From positions 1,674,001-1,738,000 of the forward strand of contig NEEC01000015.1 in the NCBI GenBank assembly GCA_002189035.1: a stretch of 64,000 nt of DNA, in the 5' to 3' direction. Source of the stretch: Utricularia gibba (taxonomy: Eukaryota > Plantae > Magnoliophyta). Positions 1 to 20,332 of this stretch are shown here, piece after piece. A program made the position numbers and the translations under genes. How positions within the stretch are numbered: the first letter of the stretch is position 1; each line of letters starts with the position of its first letter. A model generated the notes under the pieces. That model had not been told where the DNA came from. It was given only the letters and a program-made list of their open reading frames with translations, and did no database searches.

Positions 1-115
1 GTTCAGCTAACATTTTCTTTTTCAAGAGATGATACATAATTTACTGATGTCATCTGCTACTTATGATGTTGCTGCTTGTATAAATTTTCACAATAATTAT
101 TCCTTCTTGTTGTAG

Positions 116-2314
116 GTATCAACATCACTTTAGAAAGAATAAGGTTGATGAATATCCTATCCACAAGCCTATAACGTATTCTACTCAGGAAGTGGCTTCT
201 ATTCTTTCCAATGATTCCTACGCTGAAGATTTAAGTGACAAATCATGCAAAATGCGATTATCAAAGTCTTTGGTTGGTGGTAACATGAACACTTGCAAGA
301 CGAGGATGTTGAATTTTGAGCTGAATGACCGCAGTATTCAAGGTGGATTTATCTTCTTTTTTTTTTCAAATGCTAGCCTTTGTTGGTGGATTGTCCTTGC
401 ACATGGTGAATATGGAGGAACTGATTCAACCTTTTTGAAAAAGCAGGTGTGAGGCTGATCATGTCAGAGAAGGAAAGCGATGGTTCTGTAGCATTTCACA
501 TTGGAGATATAGAAGTTGCTGACTACTTAGCTGCAGAGGATTACCTTCCAACATTACCAAATACGGTACGACTTATTTCCAGTTGTCCGTGGAGTACTCA
601 AGTAGGCATTCCTATGTCACGTTTGCTTTATGTGCACACCCCCTTTTAAGTTTTCATGGTTTTGTCCGTTTGATATTGCCATGTTGGAGCCAAATGCCTA
701 ATTTATTGATTTGATAATGCAATGTTCTTGTTCTCTGTTATCGTGTTTAAGTTGCAATTGCTTGGCATCGATTTGTCAGCTGGAGTTTGCTTCCGGTTTT
801 TTAACTTAAATCTGCTTTTCTACTTCTGCAGCACACGGCAGATCTACTTGCAACTCAGTACTGTTCATTGGTACGTTGAAATGACTGATTCTGTGTGTAT
901 TTTTTCTGTGAAATTCGAAAGTGTCTGCTGACCTGTGTATTTTCTGCAGATGGAACATGAAGGATACGAGTCAGTGGATAATGTCCAACCTAAATTAGTT
1001 CGAAGAAGTCCTGGAGTCAACCAACTTGATGGACCTGGAATGTCTACGCGTGCAGCGTCTGAAACACACCAATATTCTGAGGGAGCTTCTATTCAGGCAC
1101 CAAATGATATTGGAAAGCCTAGCAGCGGCAGTATTGCAACTGTAGGCTCATCACAAAATGTACAAGTCCTAAGGACACCGGTGCAAATGTCTCAAGGTCT
1201 CCTGCCTGCGTTTCCATCAATGCTGCCACAACAACTACAGCAGCCCCAATTTCAAAGAACCCCATCGATGCTTTCTGGAAATTCAGTACAGCACCTGGGC
1301 AATATGTCTCATAATACAAACATGCAGATAAGCTCTCAAATGGCAACTAAGCCATCGTCTCTCCAACTTCACATGTTGCAGCAGCAGCAGCAGCAGCAGC
1401 ATCAACAGCCACAGTTGCTTCAAATGCAACAGCAGCAGTCAGCATTGCAGAGAAAAATGATAACTGGCCTGGGAAATGTGGGCATGAGTGGCAACAATAT
1501 GATGAGTCTTGGAGGTCTGGGAAATGTTATGGGAATAGGGGGTTCGAGGGGTGTTGGTGGAACTAGTATTTCTTCACCTGTGGGACCTAGCATGGGAAAC
1601 ATCATGAACCAGAATCCAATGAGTTTAAGTTCAGCTGCAAATCTTAGTAATGCTATTCGAGCTGGGACGATTACCCCAGCTCATGCAACTTACATGAAGA
1701 TGAAGATGGCACAAAGTAGAGGCATTTATGGGAACACCCAAGCACCTGGAGGAGGAATGTTTGGCTCTAGACAAATGCATCCTGGATCTGCTGGGGTTTC
1801 AATGTTGGGTCCTGCTCTGAACAGAGCCGCCAGTATGAATCAGATCCAGCGTCCAGCAATGGGTCAAATGGCTGCACCAAAGCTGATGCCAGGAATGAAT
1901 GTTTATATGAACCAGCAGCAACAGCAGCAGCTTCAGCAGCAGTTGCAGATGCATCTGATGCAGCAGCAGCGACAGCTACAACAACCAGCTGAAAACTCAA
2001 TGCCGCTGCAAGATGCTGTTTCGTCTCCTCAGGTGGGTTCACCATCCGGAACTGGGGTTCCTCAGCAGGTGAATCATATGCAGCAGCAGGCACCTCAACA
2101 GCAAGCTAATTCCCAGCAAATGAGCCAGAGAACCCCGATGAGTCCACAATTAAGTTCAGGGGCTGTTCATCCTATGGTTGCTAGCAATGCTGAGACTTGT
2201 CCTGCAAGCCCACAATTGAGCTCACAGACTTTCGGCTCTGTTGGCAGCATCTCTAACTCCCCAATGGATCTGCAAGGCGTGAACAAAAGCAGCTCCTTGA
2301 ATAATGCTCAGTGA
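116..2314 (+). CDS. PHL: PHYTOCHROME-DEPENDENT LATE-FLOWERING-like Q-rich transcriptional regulator, 3' part (5' end outside the window)
   Basis: Spliced exons near 116-342, 447-572, 830-870 and 950-2314 join in frame (RLIMSEK..DGSVAFHIGDIE, HTADLLATQY). The Q/M/G-rich last exon has poly-CAG tracts and ends SPMDLQGVNKS. Confidence 0.85.
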
Positions 2315-3388
2315 TCACCCCGCAGCTTCTGGACTTATTACATACATGTTTCTTGTAACAAGTAGGCTGATTTCGTACCAGTCGTTGTCGAAGATCAGAT
2401 CTGTGGATAGGCCACTGCATTTATATGATTCTAGCTACTAGGTCCCCTTCATAATTCATATGCTTTTTTTTTCAGCTTTTCCATGATAGAGCTCCGGACA
2501 TGAAAGTGTGAAGTTACCTTTGAAATGTTTGTTTGGTGACAGCTTTGCTTGACCCTAGAATTAACATGATAGTTACTTCATGTACAGCATCAATCGATCG
2601 TTTGTTGACATTGAATCAGCTCCGGGCAGCCATGGCGCACACGGAGGCAAGTGGCAAAAGGATAACTGAATCAATTGGGGTTTTAACAGTTACAATTGGA
2701 AAAAGCAGGGCAGTATTTGTGTAGTTTGGGCCTAGACGCCCATCCATCCTGCTAAGAGCTCTGTTGCAGACTTGCAGAGAAGAGTGGCGGCCCAAATCTC
2801 AGAGAGTGTGGGGGAGGCTCTGCGCCGAACAGATGATCATCGTATGGCGCTGTGTGGCGCCAGATCATCGTTATCAAAGCACTTCCTATAACTTGCAACT
2901 GCTCTCAAGGCGGAAGTTGGCCGGTTTCCCTTTCTAGGCTAAAGCTCACATAACCTATTCTCCACTCTGAATCTCGTTGCTCCACTCAGAGTTGTTCTCG
3001 GCGGTGATAATTATTGGGCGGGCTTTGTTGCAGATACCTGTGTTAAATTTTATTTTCAGGTGCTTTTCTCACTGAGCTGACCTTCTGCCCATTTTGAGCG
3101 TTCCTTTTCCATCTAGGTCGTTCCTTTGTTTTCTTGAAAGGCATATACTTTTGGGATGCTTCTTAAGCAGGGAAGGCGGGTATTGCATTGCGTTGTGGAT
3201 TGCTTAGACATTATTCTCTGGCTGCTAATATATTCAGCAGGATTATTGGTGCAAATTTCCTTTCTTTCTTTCTTTCGTTGTAAATCTTGTACTGAAAATT
3301 GATCACTGTCTCTTATTAGGGCCAACTGAACTTGCTTTTACCAGTGATCGTGTTTAGTTAAAAGCTGTGTGCGGCAATCTCCATCGGG

Positions 3389-6365
<2,977 letters not shown>

Positions 6366-7018
6366 GTGATGTATTCAGATCTGTAGATTTTTGTGGAACA
6401 CACAAGAAACTGGCCGGAATTCAGGAACTTTACAGTTGGAAAAATGCAGTCAATTGGAGTATCAGAAATACAAAAGCAACACTTCTAAAAAAGGTGGCGT
6501 CATCATTTGAATCTTAGAAGCACTATAAAATCATTTCCTTAGGACATGATGCAAAAAATTTTAGAATAGACTGCAAAAACCATATGCCAAAAAAGTGATG
6601 CAAACACATTTAAAAAAAATTAGAGAAGTTAATGACAACTTCGAAGAATTAAAATTTTGTTCTTCAAGTTATCCAACAAAGACTCTTCTTAAGAAGGCAT
6701 CAGGATTGAGATAAGGTTCGATTTCGAGTTTAGAATTCGATTTGAATTGGTATACTCACCCAATCAAACACATTTATCAGTCAAATTATGCGAATTTAAT
6801 TAATAGAACATTGAAAAGATCTTTCTATCAACCATATATGTATCCAATTTTATTGTTGTCAAGAATCAAAATCAACACGAAATCATGCCCCAAAGGCAAA
6901 GGTACATTGGAACACGCACGAGGAAAATAAGCATCCTTGACATACCTCTGGTAAGGACATGCCAGTGGAGTCAAAAAGGTACAAGAAACAAATAAAGTAG
7001 CTGAACTGAACAACATGT

Positions 7019-10917
<3,899 letters not shown>

Positions 10918-12725
10918 CTCCGAGATAACCTAGATCAATCGGCCTACCCGATACAATTTCAAATTCATAGAAAAGAAGGAAAAAAAGGGGGGGGGAAACA
11001 TACCTTGAATCCTAATAAACAGTTCACAGCACAAGAAATCGTAATCTGATGGCCAAGGATGAGCAAGAACGCAGGTAAATTGCAGACTACCGCTCACGAG
11101 GAGGGGAATTTTGGCGGCGGCACGAGAGAAACAAAGGAACACGTGCCGAAAGATGGATGAAGGCCCTACAACGGAGCACGTGTTGCAGGATATTTCGTTA
11201 AAAAAAAAACCACCACTAGTTAATTTTCAAAATATCAGTTGAATTAGGAAATTATCCTTCCGCTGAATAGTATAATTTATATTCATCATATATTACATTT
11301 ATTTGTGTCAAATAACCGGCAAAAATTCATTTAAATCCTTTTAAATTAGGTATCATTGATTTTGCTTATTTAATTGTGGGTAAAAAAACTAATTAAATTA
11401 GAATATCAATCAATTTTCAGTCCTAAATGTACATAAATTTTTATCTTGTTATTTTTAGTCCCATCTAATTCCACTTCAATTATGTTTATTAATTATTCAT
11501 TATATTTATAATTTTTTGATCAGTTTTAACTATATTTACAACGAAATATAAAGTTTTTAATTTTACTATTTTTTTAAGAAATATTTATAAAAATTGTTAG
11601 GTCCAATGTAAAAAAATTATAAATTCAGACGTATGATTTTAAAATAATTAATTCCAATTTGAGCGTGGTCAGTGATCACACGTAAATCATTTACTAGGTG
11701 CATTGGGCATTTGGGTTGATTTTTTGACCCAATCAAGTGAACCGTTGACCAACGAAATGATTAGGCACCTCCACCACGCATCCCGTCAACTCTTTGCCCG
11801 GGTATCACACGCTACATCAATATTTTAAAATTATATTCATTTAAACTGAAACTCATAAATAAATTGGATAATATATCATTCATTTAAATATTAATTTTAA
11901 TTATTAAATTCGATTCATCTGTTATTTGTCTCTATATATTCATATTACCATTTTTGCTTGGGGTGAATTGATAAATAAAAAGGAAATTTGGGTAGAAATT
12001 TGAGTTATTAATTTAAAGAATGTATGATAAAGTATAATAATGGCAAAAAGGTTAATTTGCATTAATTATGGGCAGGAGTCATTAACGTTTATTTGGGGTT
12101 CATTGTTAATTACCATTAATTACAGGGATAATTGTGATTGTAATTAAAAAACAAGACTTCGTTATCACGGTGACATCGCCAGTCATTTTCTGGAAGCTCT
12201 CATTTCTCGCATCTGGGTTCTGGTCCCGATTTCTCTTCCATCTTTTCAATACTGTTTGTCTTCTCTCTCGCTTCACATGTGTGTGGCGTCTGCTTTTATG
12301 CTCATGCTTGGTTGAGGTTATTACCGGCGCATGAATTGACTCGGAGGTGATTCTTTTTTTATTGTATTTTGTTTTGTCCGATGATTGTGATCGGTGAATA
12401 GCATAGTGAGATTTCGATGGTGTTTTGTTGATTCTTTTCTGGATAAGCTCTCATCCGAGTTTCTCGTATTGTTGATCCGTAAGCTTCCCATTTATCTTGT
12501 ATTCACACTGATGTTCCTGATACTATTGCGGTTCTTTTTTTTGTTGATTCTCTATTTCTATATTCTTCATTTGGGAGTATATGTTGAAACGTGGTTCATG
12601 CTGTGCTTATAGATAGTGTTTCCTTGTATTATGGGTATATGCTCCATCATTTATAATGATATTGCATTTCGTAAACCGGAATTTTGAGATTAGGCAGATT
12701 GTTTATTGTTCTTTTAGGCAAAGAA

Positions 12726-15700
12726 ATGTACCAAATTGACGTCAGACGTGAGGCAAATGACTCTCCAGAAGAAGATGCTGTCAGTGAGAGTCGTGAATGG
12801 GCTCATACAACTGCACAAGATGCACAAGGTGAACATGCTCACCCTTCATCGAACAAGGGCAAGTTCGCACCAAAAGTATGTTCCTTCTGTATCATCCTCT
12901 CTTCAAAATTATGAATATGCATGTAATATTCTATCTAGAATTGCTTATGGTTTTTTCGTCCCTGTAATCGTACATGGCATTGGACATGGTCACTCTTTTT
13001 CCCACTTAGATTTCTAGACTTCTGGTGATTGTACTTTATACCATGTACCAATTTTTTTTCTCAGAAACTAGAAATTATGATTACACGTTGTATTGATTTG
13101 CAGATTCCTCTAGCGAGCGTTCCTAATCTTCTTATACTTGCATATCAAAGCTTTGGAGTGGTATATGGAGATCTGAGCACTTCACCACTTTATGTCTTCA
13201 GAAGTATCTTTGTGGGAATATGCGGAATCATCAGACGATGCAATATTTGGGGCATTTTCGCTAGACACCTGATGCAATATTTGGGGCATTTTCGCTAATT
13301 TTTTGGACTCAAATATGTTATTCCCATGTGTATGTAATCATTGTGATGATAATGTGCCGATGTATAATGGATTGGTATAATGGATTGCATTTTCTGTAAA
13401 GGCTAAAATCAAACTTTCGAGTTAATGGGTTATTCAATCACCACAGGTGGCACATTTGCCCTATATTCTCTGCTTTGTAGGCATGGGAAGTTTAGTTTAC
13501 TGCCGAATCAGCAAGCTGCCGATGAGGAACTTGTGGCCTATAAATATGGTATATCGGGGCAGCCTTCATCATCAGCAGCATTGAAAAGATTTTTGGAAAA
13601 ACATAAAAGGGCCCGGACTGCATTGCTACTTGTTGTATTACTTGGAGCTGGCATGGTAATAGGAGATGGTGTTGTCACTCCAGCAATGTCAGGTATGATT
13701 TGATCACATTCAGCTGAAATTCTCTCTTCATTTTCTTAAAGATGATGGCGTCTCATTGACATATGACCATAGTAAAACAGCTTTGTGCTCATATCTACCT
13801 TTATAAGAGACATTGTGTCATTCTGAGCTTGTTATGTGTCATGTTGCCACTGCAGTACTTTCGTCGGTGTCTGGACTTCAGGCTGCTCGGAAGTATCTTC
13901 CATCAGGTAAGCCTAATTACTTGATGTGGTGCGTTCCTAGTGCTACTGGGATGGTTGGAGTTTTTGTTCCTGTTTTGGATCTGAGTTTCTTGGAAGATTA
14001 AATAAGATGTTATGCGTAGGTGGTGTGCGAGCACTCGCATGTGCCATATTGGTTGGACTTTTTGCGCTGCAACACTGTGGGACCCACAGAGTTGGCTTTC
14101 TTTTTGCTCCAGTTGTTATCATTTGGCTTATATCTATTTTCACATTGGGAATCTACAACCTTGTAAAGTGGAACCCAAAGATTTTATATGCTTTTTCCCC
14201 ATCTTACATCATCAAATTCTTTCGCCAAACTGGAAAAGATGGATGGATTTCACTGGGAGGAGTTCTTCTTTGCATAACAGGTAAGTGTGATGAAGTACTA
14301 GATTTTGAAACAAAACATTGTGTATCAAGGTAAGGTTTTGTGATTTTGAAGTTGTTTTGTCACTTTCAGGTACTGAAGCAATGTTTGCAGATCTTGGCCA
14401 TTTCTCTGCAAAGTCAATCAGGGTGTGTAATATTATTTGTGATTGCAATTTCTAATGTCTTATATTTTCTCTTCATAAACATTGAAAGTCTAACCTTGGC
14501 ATTCATGTTGTGAACTAAAACCCATAAATCGCAACAGAGTTTAACACACTGAACTTGTAGATTGCTGGTTAGTTTATTTCTTCTTGCCCGTTTGGTTTAG
14601 TGGTTACCTGCCGACAAATTCAAGTTGCAATCTTAGTCCGTCTTTTACCATTTAACACAGCCGAGTATTTTTTTTTTTTAATTTTCTGATAGTTTTCAAT
14701 CTTCTTGTCCTATTTGTAGATTGGATTTATATTTCTTGTGTACCCGTGCTTGGTAGTTCAATACCTGGGACAAGCTGCTTATCTGTCAAAAAATATCTCT
14801 TCTATTCCCAATGGCTTCTATGACTCAGTTCCTGGTTAGCTAAATCTCATAAAGTTATCGAAGTCCAGTTTAGCTGAGTTATACCATCTAAATATTTTTT
14901 TTTTCCACAGATCATGTATTTTGGCCTATATTTGTTATCGCCACCCTTGCTGCCATTGTTGCCAGCCAGGCTATAATTTCAGCCACGTTTTCCATCATTA
15001 TGCAATGCAGTGGACTTGGCTGCTTCCCACGGGTGAAGATTGTCCACACATCAAAGCAAATCTATGGGCAGATTTATATTCCAGAAATTAACTGGATCCT
15101 CATGATTCTTACCCTTGCTGTGGCAGTTGTTTTTGAAGATACTACCAAGATAGGAAATGCATATGGTAAGCCAAAAACGCTACTTTTTTTTACTAACAGG
15201 AAAAAAGTGATTACAGTAAATGACGAGGATTTGATAATACCAATTTAAAGCAGTAAGATTTGTAGTTTGTAATAAAGGAAAAAGAGTGCTCAAGGTAAAT
15301 TCATCTACCAATTAGACAATGTTATTATTTTCTGTACAGCTTTTTTATGGTTCTTGTTCTGATTGTACCATGAAATTTTGTGAAATCTGCTATTTATTAA
15401 CGGTGCACATGGAGCAATCTCAGTATCCTATTGCCTTGGCTTAATATTTATCACTTTTTCGTTTTGTAGGCCTTGCTGTCATGTCAGTGATGTTCATCAC
15501 AACATTTCTTATGGCCCTCGTCATGGCCTTTGTGTGGCAAAAGAACATATTTTATGCTGCTGGTTTTCTGATCTTCTTTTGGATAATTGAAGCATCATAT
15601 CTCTTTTCAGCCTTCATAAAAATTCCCCAAGGTGGATGGGTCTCCATCATCCTGTCGTTCATGTTTATGTTTGTCATGTTTGTATGGCACTATGGAACTC

Positions 15701-16560
15701 GCAGGAAGTACAGCTATGACTTACACAACAAGGTGCCTCTCAAATGGATTCTGGGACTAGGCCCCAGCCTCGGTATTGCCCGTGTTCCTGGAATAGGACT
15801 TATATACTCAGAACTAGCAACTGGGGTGCCCTCAATCTTCTCACATTTCGTGACCAACCTTCCTGCTTTTCATAGTGTTCTGGTGTTCGTTTGTGTCAAG
15901 TCAGTTCCAGTGCCTCATGTACCTGCTGACGAACGATTCCTTGTTGGCCGCATCTGTCCTAGACCGTACAGAATGTATCGATGCATCGTGAGATATGGTT
16001 ACAAAGACTTGCAGAAAGATGATATGGATTTTGAAAACCTGCTACTTCAAAGTTTAGCGGAGTTCATACAAATGGAGGCCGTTGAGCCTCAGCCATCCAG
16101 CCCAGACACCATGTCTTATGATGGGCGGATGGCTGTTATAAGCTCCAGGGTCTATGCATCCGGCACCAACAGTCTGGTTATTTCTGAGGTTGAAGATTTT
16201 GATGCTGTGGAAACCATCCAGAGTAGCAAATCCCAAACTCTACAAAGTCTGAGGTCAACATACGAGGATGAGAATCCAGGTATCAGAAGGCATCGTGTTA
16301 GGTTTCAGGTACCTGAAAGCCCTGCATTGGATCCAAGTGTCAGTGAAGAACTCAGGGACCTGATCCATGCAAAGGAAGCGGGCGTTACATACATAGTTGG
16401 GCACTCGTACGTGAAGGCTCGTAGGTCATCCTCATTCTTGAAGAAGCTTGTTATTGATTTCGGCTACTCATTCCTCCGAAGGAACTGTCGGGGCCCTGCT
16501 GTGGCGCTGCACATTCCACACATAAGCCTCATCGAAGTGGGCATGATATATCATGTCTAA
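12726..16560 (+). pseudogene. KUP3: HAK/KUP/KT potassium transporter (KUP3/POT4-like). Exon 2 is disrupted as assembled; the other exons are intact
   Basis: [56 protein letters not shown] and C-terminal IPHISLIEVGMIYHV are present. Frame is lost at about 13218 with a stop at 13296-13298. The putative exon 1 (12726-12875) splices in frame to 13104. Confidence 0.85.
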
Positions 16561-17690
16561 AGGCAACGCCCTTTTGAAGGTGATGATGGATCACGGGTAT
16601 GCTGTTAGGACCATATCTTGTTCTTGTAGTCTGTAAATGGGAAGGAAGGGAAGAGTGCAGTGAGGTAACCTCTGCACTGTGGGTAGCTCTCCCTGTTAAT
16701 AGATCTCGAGGTACGGATAGTAAATTATATCGATATGAAATAAACTCCTCTTCGTTGATCATCCTCTGGAAACCCGCCATCAGCAGAGACAATGCATGCA
16801 GTACAATTTGTAATAAAGAGTATTGTTTGTTTAGGGAAAATGTCATTTATTTTTCCTTTGTTCTTGACACTGCTTTCATATTGTGTGTCCCTTATCGAAT
16901 TTTGTTTTCTTGATTGTTTTTTGTCCATTTTTTCCTGGTGATTCCATGGGCGTTAGTGGCACCAGCAGACATGCTGTCCTTATCCCTTTCGCCCCTATGG
17001 TATGAAAAGATGCAGTTTCTCTTAATTGTAAGGACTTTGCACCTGATCCCAACAACATTACGAGAATAAGCTTAGAAGACACTACTTTCCAGAGGCACTA
17101 TTTGCTCCGTCTCCATGGTTGATTGTGTCTTGTTCCCTGAACTTCTTTAATTTGGTAATGTGATGGAGTTGTTATTTCCCTTTATATGATGATGACCTTG
17201 GAGTAGACAGAGGACACAGGAATTGCGCATTTGATGATTGAGCAGCAGCTTGCTTTTGGTGTGATTTGGGAGACCTCTTTGTTGAATCAGAAGATGGAGG
17301 GAAGCATTAGACTTTGGCATGGCAGGGTGACTTTGGCAATTGCAAGGGCCAGCAACAGCTACCTAAAGTGACCACCAATACCATTTGTCTTCTTCACGTA
17401 AGATGTGCTCTCATGTGCAGCCTGGGCTATAGCATCAAAATACAAAAGCAGAAGTTCTGAATTCTGGTATGCTACCGGGAAATCGTATACACGAAGAATG
17501 TGGGTACTCTCCGAAGGTTTAACCCTAGCACCACGGCGCGTGGCCGCCCTGTAGCGCTCTCACAACCGTTATTATTATGTTCATTTTGAGGCCTCTGTTG
17601 TATCTTTTTGTTTCATTTCCTCCTCCCCTGTTCTGGGCCCTTTGGTTCCTTCTTCCATTTATCAACGCCCGGGGACCCAAACTTCCATCC

Positions 17691-19115
17691 ATGGAGTTGC
17701 TTCTGCGTAGTTGGAGGGTGCCGTCTCCTTTCACTCACGGAGATTCTTTTACTAACCATTCTCATCCTCCCCTCACATGGGCCGACCTTCGACTGAGCTC
17801 CGTTGCTTCGACCATGTGTTTGAATTTGACCCAACGAGCATCAGTAAGGGCATGTATTATCTATTTTACTTGATTCCTTAAGTTGGTATTTTTTTTTTCA
17901 TCTCGACATGTTTTTAGTGGAAGCAGGGATTGGGGAAAGCAGTAAATCGAGTTAAGAGTTCAAAAATAGAGGAATTGTTGAGGATTGAAGATGATGGAGA
18001 TGACGAAGAAGCAGGAACAAGTGGAGGTGCGGAGAAGGATGCGAATGGGGATTCGTTCGTTATGGATGAAGATGAGAGGAAGGAATGGAGGAGAACTATT
18101 CGAAGAGTGATGAACAGAGTCCCTGATGTTGAAGAGGAGATCGACCTCATAGAAAGGAGGAAAAAGATGCAGAAGCTTGTGGATGAATACCCACTCGTTG
18201 TTGATGAGGACGATCCAGATTGGCCTGAGGATTCCGATGGTTGGGGTTTTAGTTTGAGTCAGTTTTTCAACAAAATCACAATAAAGAATGTGAAAAAGGA
18301 TGATGATGATGAGAATTATGATAGTGAAAATGAGATAGAATGGCAAGATGACAACTACATTCGCCCCATCAAAGACATAACTACTGCTGAATGGGAAGAA
18401 GCAGTGCATAAAGATATCAGCCCATTGGTTGTTTTAGTTCACAATCGCTACAAAAGGTATGCATATCTTTTGGTTTATGAATGGAGTAGTTGCTTGAAAA
18501 TTTTTTTGGATGCCTTCAGGTCAAAGGAGAATGAAAAGTGCCAAAACGAATTAGTGAAGGCCGTGGAAATCATATGGAACTGCAGGCTCCCATCACCAAG
18601 GGTAAAAAGAATTATCATTTTGTTACTATCTTTTCGCGTTTGAGTGAATTTAGTTTCCTAACCCTTCAGTTTAATGCTTTGTACTAAGTTTATCCCTGTC
18701 ACCAAAAATTTTTTAAACTGCTCGTTAAGTGTGGTAATGTAGTTCCTCAAATTTGTCATTTTAGTATGATTTAAGGACCAATTTTGATTCACTGGTGTCT
18801 GTTGGGAAACAGTGTGTTGCAGTGGATGCCAACCAGGAGTTTGATTTGGTCTCGGCTCTTGGAGTCTCTGTATTTCCTGAGCTCATTTTTACTAAAGCTG
18901 GGAAAATTTTGTACCGTGAAAAGAGTAAGGGCGTAACCTTCATTTTCAAGTGGACAATCCAGTAACTGTTCTAAGCATTCACCCTTCCCCGATTTTCAGG
19001 AATTCTAACTGCTGATGAGCTCTCCAAAATAATGGCATTCTTTTATTTTGGAGCAGCCAAACCGCCATGTCTGGAAGGAATTGATAGGGTGGAAGAAACA
19101 ATTCCTACTCTCTGA
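17691..19115 (+). CDS. NCP: Plastid thioredoxin-like-fold protein NCP/MRL7-like/SVR4-like
   Basis: DGWGFSLSQFFNKITIKN, WQDDNYIRPIKDITTAEWEE, SPR|CVAVDA, ELSKIMAFFYFGAAKPPCL. Five exons. An alternative in-frame ATG lies at 17577. Confidence 0.9.
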
Positions 19116-20332
19116 ATCAACAAAGTGAGCATTTTTTGTATGCTTTTCAGTCTAGAATCGAAACACAGTGAATGCAGCAGCATGCAATCGTTCATAATAT
19201 GCTGCCGTTGTTTCTTGTGAGCTATATGTTTTTTTATACCTTACAGTCATTGCTCTAACATAACATCCATGTGAGACAACCTTAGTGGACTGTCTGATCC
19301 AGGACAGAGCCGTCTCCATAACACATCCCTTCATCCCAATCTCTCCTTGTTCAATCCCCACCTCAAGTTCATGCTGGATGTGTTGAAGCAATGGTGCATT
19401 TGTAGCTTGACGAGCATGCTGAGATGTCCTTGAACAAGACAGACTCAATGTTGTGGAACAGTTTCCAGTCAAGTCTCCTGCTCTGCAATGCTCCACTTCT
19501 TGCAGATGGTTTGGAGTCGCCTGGCTGAGCTCAACTGCTTCATGGCCCCTCAAACTTTTGGCTACTGCTGCGGAGGTGGAGCTGCTTGGTAATAAAAAAT
19601 GTCATAAAATATTTCGAAATGCAATCTTATTCAATATACAGAATTTTGAAGATTAAATATATATGACATCAAACTTAGGGATAGTAATTGAGCGCATAAT
19701 GTTTGTCAAATAGTATGAATTAATTTAATCATTCATAAAATAATAGTGACCTTTGCCACCCAAAGGCACTAGTTTGTTACTCTTTCCACACCTCCGGATA
19801 TTTGGTGCCAAATTGTCGCCCGTTTCCTTATTTCTTTGAGTTTAGAGTTGGTTATCTTTGTGGCATCGATTGTAGAAGTTCGTGAAGAGGGCTGGACGAG
19901 TGGCGTGTTGGATCGACAAAAAAAAAGAAGAGTTGCCCCTGACAAAGTGAAACTCAATGAATTCCAGAGCCATTCTCAACCCGATTCATTCCCTAAACTA
20001 ACACACGGAAGACTCCTTACCTCTATTCTAAGGTCAGGTACCTATCCTTCTTTTGAACCAAGATGATCACCACCAATTTTCTAGTTGTCGTTCGTTCGGA
20101 ACTAGCTGGGCTGTTCATTTCGAACCTTCTCGAAAATCCATGAATTTTGAAACTCCCAATTATGTCAGGAAAAGTATCTTTTCTAGTTATATAGGGATGG
20201 CTATATTTCTGGGAGCGAACTCCGGGCGTCGTCCTGGTGCGGAGGTGGAGATGCTGCAGCAGCAATGCCGAATGAAGAGATCTTTAGAAGCTCTCAGTGA
20301 ATAAATTATTCAAGCTTTCTTTATTCCTAACG

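Noticed and set aside
192-649. Apparent stop/frameshift in PHL between ORFs 192-452 and 449-649
   Set aside because: A phase-1 intron from about 343 to the CAG at 444-446 joins the frames cleanly.
1379-1990. Poly-CAG/polyQ tracts in PHL
   Set aside because: Expected for this Q-rich family; short and interrupted.
6521-6535. CACTATAAAA (and CACTATAAGAA at about 23289) resembling CACTA TIRs
   Set aside because: No matching inverted end, subterminal repeats or 3-bp TSD was found.
6716-6730. GGTTCGA B-box-like motif suggesting a tRNA or SINE
   Set aside because: No A-box, cloverleaf or poly-T terminator. A similar motif at about 63340 is inside a CDS.
19566-20255. Short TGCGGAGGTGGAG match at about 19570 and 20237, and in the GDSL exon
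   Set aside because: 13-16 bp GC-rich low-complexity word with no extended homology; likely chance.
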